DNA of 64,000 nucleotides from Macrostomum lignano. Lineage: Eukaryota. A program made the translations under genes and the position numbers. A model generated the notes under the pieces. That model worked only from the letters and a program-made list of their open reading frames with translations, searched no databases and was not told the origin of the DNA. The stretch spans positions 372,001 to 436,000 of the forward strand of contig NIVC01000362.1 in assembly GCA_002269645.1 (NCBI GenBank), read 5' to 3'. Position 1 is the stretch's first letter, and each line of letters begins with the position of its first letter. This document shows positions 48,633-60,779 of the stretch, piece after piece.

Positions 48633-49904
48633 ATGCGCGCACAAAATTTCAACCATTTTAGCGAAGAATTGCACCAATCTCGCCCGCCAAAACGAACGGA
48701 CCACTCAAGCTCCGACGAGCGAGCGACAGCGCAGTGCAGACAGCTGTTCTGCCCTGGCGATGCTGGCCCCGCCATCGGCGCAGCTGCTGGCCAATGGGAA
48801 AGTGCGCCCCGGACTCCCTGGGTCCAGCGCGTACATCCCAGATTGCGTCTTGGCCAGACTCTGTATAGTCGGTCCCCGTCACCGCCGCCCAATTGACGAT
48901 CGCTGCCGCCGGACCGACGCCGTAACGACCAGACGCCTTGGTCAAGGGACGCCTCGCGACTGCGACGTCGCCGAGGACGCGGACGGCATCACCAGCGACA
49001 GGAGAACTCGCAGCCGGAGGTCATTGACCTCACTGGCGAAGACTCCGCTACCCGGATCCACCGTTTGCGGTCCTCGCTGAGCCACCAGAGTCATGATGAC
49101 CCACGGGTCAGCCCGAGATCAGAGGCCCACCGGCAGCGACATCCCCGACGACCTGTCAATCCGGTGACCATGGCAAGGCCATCGGCGGCCGCGCCCTTGC
49201 ATCTACCCGGAGGCCCAACCAGCTTTGCCGCTTTTGCGGCCGCATTCGGTGCAGACGGCCCTACAGCTAGGTCTTCCATTCCGGAGACGCTGAAGCCCAT
49301 TGCCAGTCAGCCGCAGGAAGATCCCCCGGGTAAAACTGCAGCAGCGGCCGCAAAGCTGATTGTGACTGGGGGCAACAGGGCTCCGACATTGGTGAACATG
49401 GGCACCCAGACCTCCGAGGCTGAATTCAGCGACGCCAACGAGATTACGTATAGCTGGAGCGACCTCGCCGAGGAGCTCCAGCTTGCTCTGCCACAGGCCC
49501 CGCCCAACTCCCCGGCCGAGCCCCGCTGCATCAATGCCGCCACCCAGGCTGAGGGCCCATCCAGGGCCAACGCATACATTCAGGCAGCCAACCCGCATGA
49601 TGCCGACCTCCAGCCGACACCAAGTGAGCCCATCAGCTTAGCCCACACCGTTGCCGAGCATCTTGCCGGCTGTTTTGTGGCGGCGGCTCAAGATGGCGAA
49701 TGACCCTCCTTCAATGAGCCCATCTGGGCCGAGATGCGGGCTCTTGATGACATCGAGCGCCAAGCCATGATGGACCACAGTGCGGACATCGCCGGTGCCG
49801 CAGTCCGCCATCCTGAATACCTGGCTGTGCTTAGGGCGGTGGCCCGCCGTATCGCCCGTGTGATGGCTGGCCGAGTCCCGGACTTGCCCGACTGCATCGC
49901 CTAG
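48633..49904 (+). pseudogene. Third ORF of the Gypsy element (424 codons, two in-frame TGA), unknown non-env product
   Basis: ORF-track segments 48633..48896 and 49065..49703 are in one frame. Reading through TGA at 48894 and 49701 extends to TAG at 49902-49904 (...PSFNEPIWAEMRALDDIERQAMMDHSADIAGAAVRHPEYLAVLRAVARRIARVMAGRVPDLPDCIA*). Confidence 0.7.
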
Positions 49905-50323
49905 GCCACCTGGCCCTGAGCCACCCAATCTGGTAGCCTTGACGCTGACACGTGTGCTCACCACTGGGTCGGCCGTCGCCAGGACGCACCCACCTCTTTG
50001 CTTGATGCCACGCTGAACTTGGCCCTTATGTTGAACAGAAGCGCCAGTTGTGCGCAATTATCTTCTTTCTATTCTCCCTTTTGCATGTGTCATCCCCGGG
50101 GCTCTGCCAACTGATTCCTGGCATCCCACCCATCTATTTAGGCACATTCGCTTTATTTTAATAGTTGGGCTGGCGCCCATTATTATTCATTCAATTTTAG
50201 GTACAATCTTTGTTATCTTTTGCCCTTTTAATAACGCCAAATATTTTACTGCGTGTCTTAAGTACAAATTTAACTTGTTCGTTTTAAATAAAGCACTACG
50301 CTTGCACTCCGCCTCATCATTTG

Positions 50324-50334
50324 AATGGGGAGAG
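50324..50334 (+). promoter_or_regulatory. Polypurine tract
   Basis: AATGGGGAGAG directly abuts the 3' LTR. Confidence 0.85.
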
Positions 50335-51491
50335 TGAAGTGAGCACTAGTTTAGTGTTAGGTGCCCCCTTTGTCAGCTGTGCCCTGCACCCTTAAGAGCT
50401 GTTGGCTGCCGCTGGCCGCAGCTCTCCCTCTCGCCCCCCCTCTCTCCCTCTCCCTCTCGCTCCCCCTCTCTCCCTCTCCTTCTCTCCCTCTCCTGCTCCC
50501 TTCTCTCCCTTTCCCTCCCTCATTGTCCTTTTGTCTGCCTGCGCTCCCTTTTGTCCCCCCTTTTTCCAGTTTGTTTGCGTTCCCAGCATCTGAGCTTCTC
50601 TGCTCAGCCTGTCCTTGATTCTTTGTCTGTCTCTATCCCCCCCTTTTGTGTGGCTGCGTTCTCTTGGCTCGAGTCCAGCCAGTTCCGCCTGTCCTCTCTC
50701 TGTCTGGCCGTACGGGAGCGGATCACGTGCCCCAGGCGCTCTGTCCTTTTGCGCTCCCTTGTGCAATCTCGTGTGTCAGGCTTTAAATTAGGAAAGGCGT
50801 CCTTGCCTCTCAAGTTGGGGGTTCCGCGCCTGTTTCTAAATTTAGATCTGAATCACGCCAGATTGGGGGGCAGTGAGAGCGGCCTTGCATACTCTGGCGC
50901 AATGGGGAGGCTTTCACTGTATGGTGAAATTGATCTGCTACCCTATAAGTACGGGCCTCTCGTGCCTCTGTTTGGCAACCCTCTGTGAAACCTCTCGTTT
51001 ACCTGTGCATTAACTCTTCTGATAACTGCTCTCTTGGAAGTCCAGCGCAGCTTGCGCTAGGCCTTGGCCAACCCATTTGATTTCTGATCCATCTGCGACT
51101 GTGTGTCCTCGAGTGTGCTAAATCCCAACCGAACTAACAGAGACTAGCACAGTTCCTCATCCCCGCACTTGAGCCCGGCAGGACCACTGACGAGGTGTGC
51201 ACCGGTACGAACTGTCAAATCTGCACGGTGTGCTGAGTTCTTGTGTCTCGTTTATTTTGCTCAGCCCAGAGTCTCCCTCACTGAAGGACAAGATCCGAGT
51301 GAGCTGGTGGCAGCACTACCTACCCTACAAGTATCGTTTCTAAGAAACAGGCAGCTAGAGGTCACCGCCCTGCGCCAGGAAACCTACCAGGCCATCCCAA
51401 GTCAACATCAAAGAAGCCTGTACATCACTGGTGGCAGCAATTCTATTGAAGACCTCGAGACAACCCAGAGACAACAACTACAAACACTTCA
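50335..51491 (+). repeat. 3' LTR (1157 bp)
   Basis: Colinear with the 5' LTR apart from an expanded CT-rich tract and ~29 substitutions. Confidence 0.93.
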
Positions 51492-54400
51492 CTTCAGTAT
51501 CTATTATTTAATATATAATGGTTTCTTTTATTGTTTTGTTATTTTCTACACTTGTAACTTATGAGCTTATAATAATTATAAATTCATATTCATGATCATG
51601 CCCTACTTTGAAAATTTCACAAAATTTCATGCCTAACCAAAATTTTCTGCTTGTCTGACTTCTACAAAAAGCAATCTGTATCAAACTTCTAATTTTATAT
51701 TTTTTAATATAGCTGCTTATAAATTCTATAACAACTAAATATATAGCAAAGTAAAAACTATGCTGATGGTCATTGGGTGATAAAAACAACCATTAGCATA
51801 GTTTATACTCTGACTATATGTTCAGCTGTTTTAGAATTGTAATAGGCCTAATTTTTATGCCATTAGTTTCTAGGAATTGTGCATTTCAAAAGTACTATTA
51901 TTGTTATACTTTACAAATATTATAAATATTTTCCATAAGCGAAATATCCTGTATATTTTGAATATTATCATTTGTTATAAACTGTATTGCAAAACTTTAC
52001 TATAAAAGGGAGCCTGTTGGAGGCCAAGAAAAATAAATTGTTTTTGTTTCTATATCAGTTTACCTTGTCTGTCTTCTTGCTTCAAGCTTGAAATTGTTCT
52101 AATATCTCAAAATTGAAGCCTTGTTCAATACTTATTGACTTAGTAATTTAGGTAAAAGCATTAAGAAGCCCCAAAATTGGGAGAGATCAAACTGTTCTCA
52201 GAAGAATGAGAAATCCAAATCTAGAATATGAGAAATTGCCTTTTGAAGGCAGGAATCCTACCATAGGGTAGAGAAGTCTAGACTCAGAGTCTGAAAAACA
52301 CACCTCAAGGCAGAATACCTAGCAAGTAAGCTGTGACCCTCTGATCCCAGGAATGCCCAAGACTGAGAGAATAATATCTTTAGAAGGAATAGGATAGACA
52401 GTGCCTAAAGACTGCTCAGGCCAGTACAATAGAAGTACACACGGTACCAATAGAAGTACATACACTACCAATAGAAGTAAATGCATTACTAGTAAAAACG
52501 CAAATAATAACCAGTAAAATGCTGGTAGAGTCGCTCGCTTGGCGAGAAGAATAAATATATGTTGATGTTGATAAATGTTGTAAATGTTGTAAATGATGTT
52601 GTAAATGTTGATATTAAGCTTTCTAATAACCAGTAAGATCAGTAAAGAGAAATAACCCCAATTACAACTTTGGTGACTCAGCGGTGAGATTCTGTATCAT
52701 ACAGGAACACCGCTTTGACAACTTTGGTGGCATTGTGGAATCATTTATAAGGACAGAAGTAAGCCCTATATCAGAATTCATAAATAGCTATATGAAAAAT
52801 TTAGAACTAGAAGTTTAACACATATTGTAGCATTGCTTTTTGAAGCTTTGTTCTATTTATTATGGTTCAAAAGTTACATTACAAGTGCCTAAAGTTAAAA
52901 AATATGATAGGACCCTCTCATAGAATGACCCATATATGTAAAAATGGCTTAACTGATTTTCTTTAAGCTTGTACCATTTAAACAGAAATTTTGAATGGTT
53001 TATATCCATATATGTATAGATAGACAAACCATATTTAATATATGGAAGTTTCAAAAAGCTTTCAAATTCTAACTCTTTAGTCTTTTTTCTATAAACAAAA
53101 CAAAAACATACTTTTTTATCTCAAGGTATAGACTTAATACAATATAATACAATATTTTTATGATTATATAATTGCATATCCATAATCTAGATCAAGTTGT
53201 ATAAGTCCCAAAAATGGGGTGTGCATTGGCCTTGCATGCCCAAAGTTTGGCATGCTTACTTGGTATGTACTTTATGCAATAATATAGAAAATTTTATATT
53301 AGGAAGAAAAATATTAACAAGTTTATTATTAAGTATAAATTCAAGCTTTTGGTTTTTGTAAGCATAAATTTATGTGGTCATTTTTTGTTACTTAAAGTGA
53401 CTATTACTGAAATAGCTATTACTTAAGTGGATTATTCATGCATATTTGGTATGCTTGAATCTTAAAAAATTTGTATTTGAAGGAAAGAAACAAAGAATTG
53501 GGGAAGAAAGAAAAGAGAAAAAGAGAAAAGGAAAAGAAAAAATGAGAAGAGAGAGAAGGGAAAGAGGAGAAAGAGAAAGAGAAAGAAAAGAGAAAAAGGC
53601 AAGAAAAGTCATATACAAAGAGCAAAGTGAAAATTAAGTTTCAATTGAGGGAACTAAGTTGCATTGAGAGGATCTAAGTTGCAATTGGGAGAAGCTAAGT
53701 TGCACTGGATAGGTGAAATTTTGAAGTTGGACAAATATGGTTGCAATGCAAAATTTCTTATTGTTGCAACATTTTTTATAATTTCCAATATATAGATCAG
53801 AACTAAATTTGTTCTTTTCTAGTATAAATTTGAATTTGTGGTGTATGGAATTATTTTTTCTAACATACTATGTAACAGATTTGGGGTATGGGTACATACT
53901 TAAAATTTTGCTGAAAACACTCTAGCATACTCTAGATACCTTCTTGAAAATGGCTCATATATCCTTGGTAATTCCTTAAAAGCTTTACATCAACAAAACT
54001 TGAGTTGCAATAAAGCAAAATATGTTGCTTATTAAAAAATACTAAGCCTAGCTAATGCCATATTATTGTTTGTGCCAAAATGTACTAGGCCCTAGCTTAT
54101 TGTAGATATGAAAATTTGGAACTTTTTGCTTTGATTCTAGTTTACATTGCAGATGGTATGCATATATGCTAGTACCTTTCTGGTGCACTTTGTTGGCATA
54201 CATTATTTGGCATACATAAATAATACAACCATGTATACTTTTTAAGTATAAAAATTTTAGTGAATAAATTCATGCCCTGCATGAAAATTGTAATGTAAAT
54301 TATTATTTTTATCATAAAGTAAAAGAAAATCTATATAATCTAAAAAGTTTATGATAAACTTTTTGCTCTTTTAAAATTAACAAAAAATAAAATTAGTAAA

Positions 54401-57400
54401 GGCTTAAATTATTGCTAAGAGCATCAATTTTGCTGCTCTTAGCAATGCTTACATCATTTTTTCTGTAGGTATAATTTAGGTTTTTTAAAATAAAAATATT
54501 TGTAATATTTTAAAGACTTTGTACAAAAGCCTTTTTTAGAAAACTCTACTTGTGAAAATCAAATTATTTTTATGGAGGAATTTTTGGGAAATTTTACATT
54601 TTACATACAGCTAGTTAGATGAGCTAGGATTCTTGTTTTGGCATAGGCCTACACTACTACATGATCTGCAACCTGGATTCTAGTTAATAAACAGGATTTA
54701 ATGCAACATTAATTGACAATTTTAGTAGTTAAACATGTGAAAAACTTTTACAAAAAACAAAAATAAATAAAATAAAACAAAACAAAACAAAAAACAAAAA
54801 ACTTTTCTAAAAAAACTTTTGTAACTTTTACAATTTTCTAGCCCCATAGTCAGGATCATGTCATGGTATACACTCGAATAAAAAGTCCACTAAAAAAATC
54901 TATGCCACTTCATACTGAAATGTACGCCAAGGTCCTAGTCCTAGGAACTTACGCAGGTTTTCTAGGCTTTGCAACAATAAACCAGGATGGAATTCTTGTA
55001 TTTCTTAAGTCAAACGGAATTATGCGATTTTTTAATGGCGCGCAAAATATTTTTTATTGGTCGCATTTTTTATTTTGATACTTAGCACGTCGCAAAATAA
55101 CGAAATAACGAAATAACGAAAGACAATAACGAAAAATGCATTCTAAGAAAATGTAGTGATTTGAATTTTCGTCCAAATACGTATGTTAGAGAATGTTACG
55201 AGTTTCTACTTTTTATAGAATTTTTTCGAATTTTTACTTTTGTGCCTTATTTAGTTTTTACTTTTTATTCTTTTTTTCTTCGTGATCTTAGCAAGTAGGA
55301 TTATCTTTTGCAAAATCCAATATCTCAAGCGCACTTTTGCATATATTAAGAATTAGCAATTTTGTCTGAAATTCTGCGACGCATTTTTTCCGGATTTTTT
55401 GATGCAAAATCGCATTTTTTCGCGCAATCGCATAACGCGTTGTGATTTTTCTGCAAGAATTCCATCCAGGACAATAAATGACCTTTTTTGCGTGTTACAC
55501 ATTTTTAACAATAAAAATTTAACAAATGTATGGTTTTCATTTAAAGTAAATTGGCTTATAGATAATGCCAACAAAAATCAATTTTTTGTTTAAGTTTTTT
55601 TTAGGAAAATTAACACAATTAGTTTGCATGGAATTTTAAATTTTTATAAATCATGAATAGAGTTATGAACTTTCATCTTATGAGTTTTATGGTTTTTATG
55701 GTTTTATAATAAGATTCTGAGGTTAGGCCTACGGCATTATGCCAACAATTGTTAATATTAACTTTGGCATGAAGGTTGGAGTTGGCATACGCTGCTTGGC
55801 GTATTTACGCCACAGCGTCATGCCAAAAGGTATGCCAAAAATATTGTGCCTCATTTTTTATGCCAATTGTATGCCAAAAAAAGTAAAATTTTCAATTGTA
55901 TGCCGGAAATTTCCCGGCGTAATGTACATCATCTTAACTATGGTTCTAGCCTAGGTTATTTAAAAAACTGTTGCCAAAGCCTAAGCTAAGGGATCTCATC
56001 TTATCACTAAAATAAAATAACATTTGCTTGTTACCAAAATGACTATAGTCTGGCAACTAGCTAGGTACAGTACAGTTGTTAATAGGTAGGCATATTCACC
56101 TATGTATATTGTCATGTCATTCACTTTGCTTTGCTTGAACCTTGAGAAGGCCTAAGCCCTACAAGGCAACAGAAATTAACAATAAGGCAAGGTAAGCCTG
56201 TAATTTATAAATTTCACTGGCACATTATGAACAATATTTAGATGTTGAGGTTTTAATAGTCAATCAATAGTAAATTATTTAGATTAAATCAATTGTGCAT
56301 TATGCCTACTGCATACATACCTTATTTTCTGCAGTGGATGGACAGAAAACTGAAAACAAAATGTGAGCAATGACAAAATTAAATAAGCATAAAGGAAATC
56401 GCATCTTAATGATGTTGGGCAAGATCTAGTAACTTCTGCAGCTAGTTCAGTTGAGGTTCAGTTTACGCGTACGATAAAATCCGTTTCAAAACAAATTTAA
56501 AATATTTCTTACACGAAAGAACCATCCTTACTTTTATAAGATTGCTCAAACCAAATGATGAACATTCAACTTTTATGTCTTTATTCAAATAATTTACAAG
56601 CGTAGCTACACAGATAAATATATCAATAGTATACAGTGCTACTAAATTAAATGATTTTTCTTTATTACCGCATACTGTTTGTTAAAACTCGTTTAAAGCC
56701 GAAAAATCGATACTGATAAAAACTATCAAATTTACAAATGACAATTAGAATTTTGTACGCCAGTTAGCATAGAGACACACGCGAAACTTTTCGAAAAGAT
56801 GACTGGCTGCGGAGGTAGCGTTCAGGCCCCTGTCTATAGTTATTAATTCCTTGAAAGCTTTTTTCCATTTGGGCTAGGGCAATTTGACTGTACAAAAGTA
56901 CATTGACCTAAAGTCAAATTATGTATATGTATTTGTATATGATTTGTATATATTTGCGTATGGACTTTATATATGACTTTATTTCCCCTCCCTTATCTAA
57001 GGCTTTGAACTGGATCCGCTCGAAATTCCATATGCTTGAAATTTCTAATGTTAAGAGCTACTACCCTACTCTCCTTGCATGGATAAATCATGGATGAAGC
57101 ATCCATGATGCCATGTATGGATCATACCTGAACATGTATGGAGCCATACCTGATCATACATGGTTCCACGTAAACTTCATCCATGGTTACTTTCCATCCA
57201 TGTACATTGATGTATGATTTTAAATATAATTTTCCTTACTACACTACTGTTAGTAGAACGCAATGTTTGCGTAGGTTCATTTTAAAGCTGAAATTTTCTA
57301 AACAAATTCGGCAGCATCTTTAGTGCTGCTGAGAAATATGTTTCCATTCCCTTATAAATCACTTTCAAAACAAAAAAGTATCAGAACAAATACTTATGCA

Positions 57401-57474
57401 ATTAAATGTAGAAGTAATTGAAAACTCGTATGATGACCATTTCGAGACTTATATTATTAATGATAATTAGGCAT

Positions 57475-58100
57475 AATTCATTTCAAAGTACTGTAAGAAA
57501 AAATAAGACAGCTCAGTCTCAGAGAGCTTTAAAATACAGAATGGACAGAATTTGACGCATTTCAAGGTACTGTAAGAAAAAATAAGACAGCTCAGAGAGC
57601 TTTAAAATACAGAATAGACAGAATTTGACGCATTTCAAGGTACTGTAAGAAAAAATAAAACAGCTCAGAGAGCTTTAAAATACAGAATAGACAGAATTTG
57701 ACGCATTTCAAGGTACTGTAAGAAAAAATAAAACAGCTCAGAGAGCTTTAAAATACAGAATAGACAGAATTTGACGCATTTCAAGGTACTGTAAGAAAAA
57801 ATAAAACAGCTCAGAGAGCTTTAAAATACAGAATAGACAGAATTTGACGCATTTCAAGGTACTGTAAGAAAAATAAAACAGCTCAGAGAGCTTTAAGATA
57901 CAGAATAGACAGAATTTGACGCATTTCAAGGTACTGTAAGAAAAAATAAAACAGCTCAGAGAGCTTTAAGATACAGAATAGACAGAATTTGACGCATTTC
58001 AAGGTACTGTAAGAAAAAATAAAACAGCTCAGAGAGCTTTAAGATACAGAATAGACAGAATTTGACGCATTTCAAGGTACTGTAAGAAAAAATAAAACAG
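57475..58100. repeat. 73-bp tandem repeat inside the DNA transposon
   Basis: About 8.5 copies of CAGCTCAGAGAGCTTTAAAATACAGAATAGACAGAATTTGACGCATTTCAAGGTACTGTAAGAAAAAATAAAA. Confidence 0.95.
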
Positions 58101-58429
58101 TAAATTTTACTGAACAGTCAATAAATAGAATTAGCCGAATTCGGTACGCATTAAGGGCAAGGGCCGACTAATCCTTTACGAAACGAAGTTAATGCTGCAT
58201 TAGTCAATTATTTGCGCACAGAAACTTGGAGATTTTGAATATGGAGAGATCGGACAAAGAGAGGTAACGGTGGGAGTCTGAGAGGGAGGAAGTTGGGCAT
58301 CTGGAAAGTTATTCTGATTCCCTGATGGTTTTATCTTGGTCATGGAGCATAATTTTATTTTCTGCCAGACTTTGCAGCATTAATAATAAAATAATCGGAT
58401 CTAAGGTACGGACACATACTCGTACCTTT

Positions 58430-60730
58430 TTAATCATGTTCAAACTCTTTGAACAATGGCACAGCGCAATAACAGTCTTTGCTGAACGATTCTACTGGAA
58501 CAGCGATGCAGGGTCGATCGACCTCTGAAAAATTAACTATACGTTCGCGTCTGGCCGATCTGGGCGCATTAGACAGGGATATCAATACAAAATTGAATGT
58601 CGAAGACTTTTTGAACATGGATTCCAGCAATGCTTTCCAATTAAGTAAATCGATGGGGAAAGTTGCTGCTGGTACTCGTAAAACAAAATCAAACAGCGAA
58701 CCAATGGGATCCAAAATTTGCACTCGAATAGTATTAGGCTCGAGGAACTCTGCAATAGTGCAGATTTCGCCGGACTTCAATTGGCAAAGATGGTTAGAAT
58801 TTTTCGACGCACAAGCTGAGCTTGTCGAGAAAAAATGTCCATTAAAATAAGCAAGTGAGTTTCGAAGAATACCATGTGGCCTGGATGGCTCTAAAGATAT
58901 AGAGTTAACTGCATCCACTACAATAGAGTCCTTAACACAAGAAAAGTAGTGATGTAGCAACTTTTGAAACAAAAACTTGCGAACAAGCTGTGGGCCAAAT
59001 GACACAGTTCCGCATAAGAACTTTTTGAACATGCCAATGGAGCTCTCAAATGCGAACATAGAATAATTAAATACAGATCCGTACAATTCGTACTGTTCAG
59101 CCATATGCAAAAGCAGGTGGAAATTAAGGCGGAGTACTTTCGGTCCGAATATTTGCTGAGCATTGGAGATAAAAGCTTTGCATAGCTTTTCGATATCAGT
59201 CTTATTTGATTGGGGGCTATACAACATGTGATAAATAAGAACTAAATTAGTTAACAGCAGTTTCAATGGAAAATGCGAAATTCTCTGCAAAAACGTAGGA
59301 AGAAGAAAGTATAGCGCAAAGTTTTTAAAATGCTTTGCTTTCCAATCTGAAAAGCCTTTAAAATTTGTGTTGATTGTGATGCTAGAAGGAGTTATAGATT
59401 GACGAATACAATTAGATATGAAATCCATGCAATTAGCTGAGCAAAAATACAACTCGCGCCTGTTTGCAGGTAATGACAGCTCTTCTAGTAGATACTTGGT
59501 GTGGCCTTCGAAAAAGCAGTGTAAACTGTCAATAGGATTGCAGCTGGGAAACGGAACATAGTCTAACAAGCAACTGCGCATCTTTACGCCAAAAACAGGC
59601 CGATTTCGAATTTGTGCGAGCCGACAGTGTTCAAGATGGGAAGATGGGTTTCTCAAAGGAAACAAGTAGCCTTCACCATAGCGGAAGATCCAGTTTTTAC
59701 CTTTCTCGGATACTTTAAAGCTCTCACCTGGGTGCAAGCACCTAGGACAGCTAAACGCACCATTGTACTGGTGAATGCAGAAGAGCTTAGCAAGAGCGGG
59801 CAAGTCACAAACAAAGAGTGTGTAAAGGACATGAACGGTGTATTCCGAGAATATAAACTGTTTTGGCAAATTGTTCATAATTTCAGACAGAAAAGACTGG
59901 AAATGCGGGACTGCCTTCGATGAAACAAGAGCAATTAGAATTAAATTTGCAAAGCGTTGACGGATGTAAACAGGAAGGTTTAGAAGTTGAGCCTGAAATG
60001 GCCAAAAGCTACTCTGAACAGATTCAAAAAAATTGGCGCCATCAGCTGAGATTAGAAGATGCAAGTGAAGCGACTTGCCAGAAGATAGGCTTAAGCCTTG
60101 TTCTTTAACTATTTTGGAATTCAAAACGTCTGTGTTTTTATCCTTTTGCAATTCTTGCTCATACTGCAGAATAGTTGAAGTGTGGCTGCTTAAGATAGTC
60201 CGCAGCTGTGGAACAATATTGAGCTGTGTCACAGCAACCTTTGACTTTGGGGAATGAACCTGACACTGGCTTTTGCATTCTGGGCAAAAGCCAAATTCAG
60301 ACACGTCACTATCATCAAGAGGGCAAGTATCTTGAATCAATGATTTGAGCAACTTGACGCTATTTGGAAGAGCTAGAGAATCTCTACTAAAAATAGAAAG
60401 TAGCTTCAGGAGTCTATCAAGAGCAGCCTCTGAAACTCCGGAAGTAATTGCCCACTGAAAAATCAGAGCCGCCTGCACACTGGGATCTGAGATGGAAGCC
60501 AAATTCGCTAAGCTATCTGAACTCTCCTCAAGCACAGGCACAGCATTGTTTTCACCAATAAAAGTTTCCACAGCGTCAGGACAGCTGTGCGAGTGCGTTA
60601 CACCGGCTTCGCTTGAAATTGAACTCCTATTACTTGTAGAAAAACTATTTGAGGGAGAAGAAATCGCCTGACAAGAGTAGGCTGAGTAATTAGTAGAAAG
60701 AGAGTGCTCAGATTCTGATTTACTAGACAT
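58430..60730 (-). CDS. EnSpm/CMC-type DDE transposase, 766 aa, uninterrupted
   Basis: ISADG..F....SFWP, VCDLPA, NGAFSCPRC, IDSLHCFFEG, WKAKHFKNF.LY, NFHLLLH, and YSMFAFES motifs typical of animal EnSpm-like transposases. Confidence 0.88.
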   Translation of the reverse strand: MSSKSESEHSLSTNYSAYSCQAISSPSNSFSTSNRSSISSEAGVTHSHSCPDAVETFIGENNAVPVLEESSDSLANLASISDPSVQAALIFQWAITSGVSEAALDRLLKLLSIFSRDSLALPNSVKLLKSLIQDTCPLDDSDVSEFGFCPECKSQCQVHSPKSKVAVTQLNIVPQLRTILSSHTSTILQYEQELQKDKNTDVLNSKIVKEQGLSLSSGKSLHLHLLISADGANFFESVQSSFWPFQAQLLNLPVYIRQRFANLILIALVSSKAVPHFQSFLSEIMNNLPKQFIFSEYTVHVLYTLFVCDLPALAKLFCIHQYNGAFSCPRCLHPGESFKVSEKGKNWIFRYGEGYLFPLRNPSSHLEHCRLAQIRNRPVFGVKMRSCLLDYVPFPSCNPIDSLHCFFEGHTKYLLEELSLPANRRELYFCSANCMDFISNCIRQSITPSSITINTNFKGFSDWKAKHFKNFALYFLLPTFLQRISHFPLKLLLTNLVLIYHMLYSPQSNKTDIEKLCKAFISNAQQIFGPKVLRLNFHLLLHMAEQYELYGSVFNYSMFAFESSIGMFKKFLCGTVSFGPQLVRKFLFQKLLHHYFSCVKDSIVVDAVNSISLEPSRPHGILRNSLAYFNGHFFSTSSACASKNSNHLCQLKSGEICTIAEFLEPNTIRVQILDPIGSLFDFVLRVPAATFPIDLLNWKALLESMFKKSSTFNFVLISLSNAPRSARRERIVNFSEVDRPCIAVPVESFSKDCYCAVPLFKEFEHD

Positions 60731-60779
60731 AAAAATAGCAATTCAAATATTCAAAAGTTACTAGAATTTTTTCCGCAAT

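Larger units (their letters stand above)
41171..51491 (+). mobile_element. Ty3/Gypsy LTR retrotransposon, full length but decayed
   Basis: Two LTRs (TGAAGTG...CACTTCA), PBS, PPT, gag with CCHC knuckle, and PR-RT-RH-IN order. Several frameshifts and stops. Confidence 0.97.

Noticed and set aside
48633-49904. Interpreting Gypsy ORF3 as env
   Set aside because: No signal peptide, furin site followed by a fusion peptide, or TM anchor.
56490-56570. Minus-strand MFIIWFEQSYK exon with a phase-1 GTAAGG donor as GLMP exon 1
   Set aside because: Phase fits, but it is too short and not a hydrophobic signal peptide.
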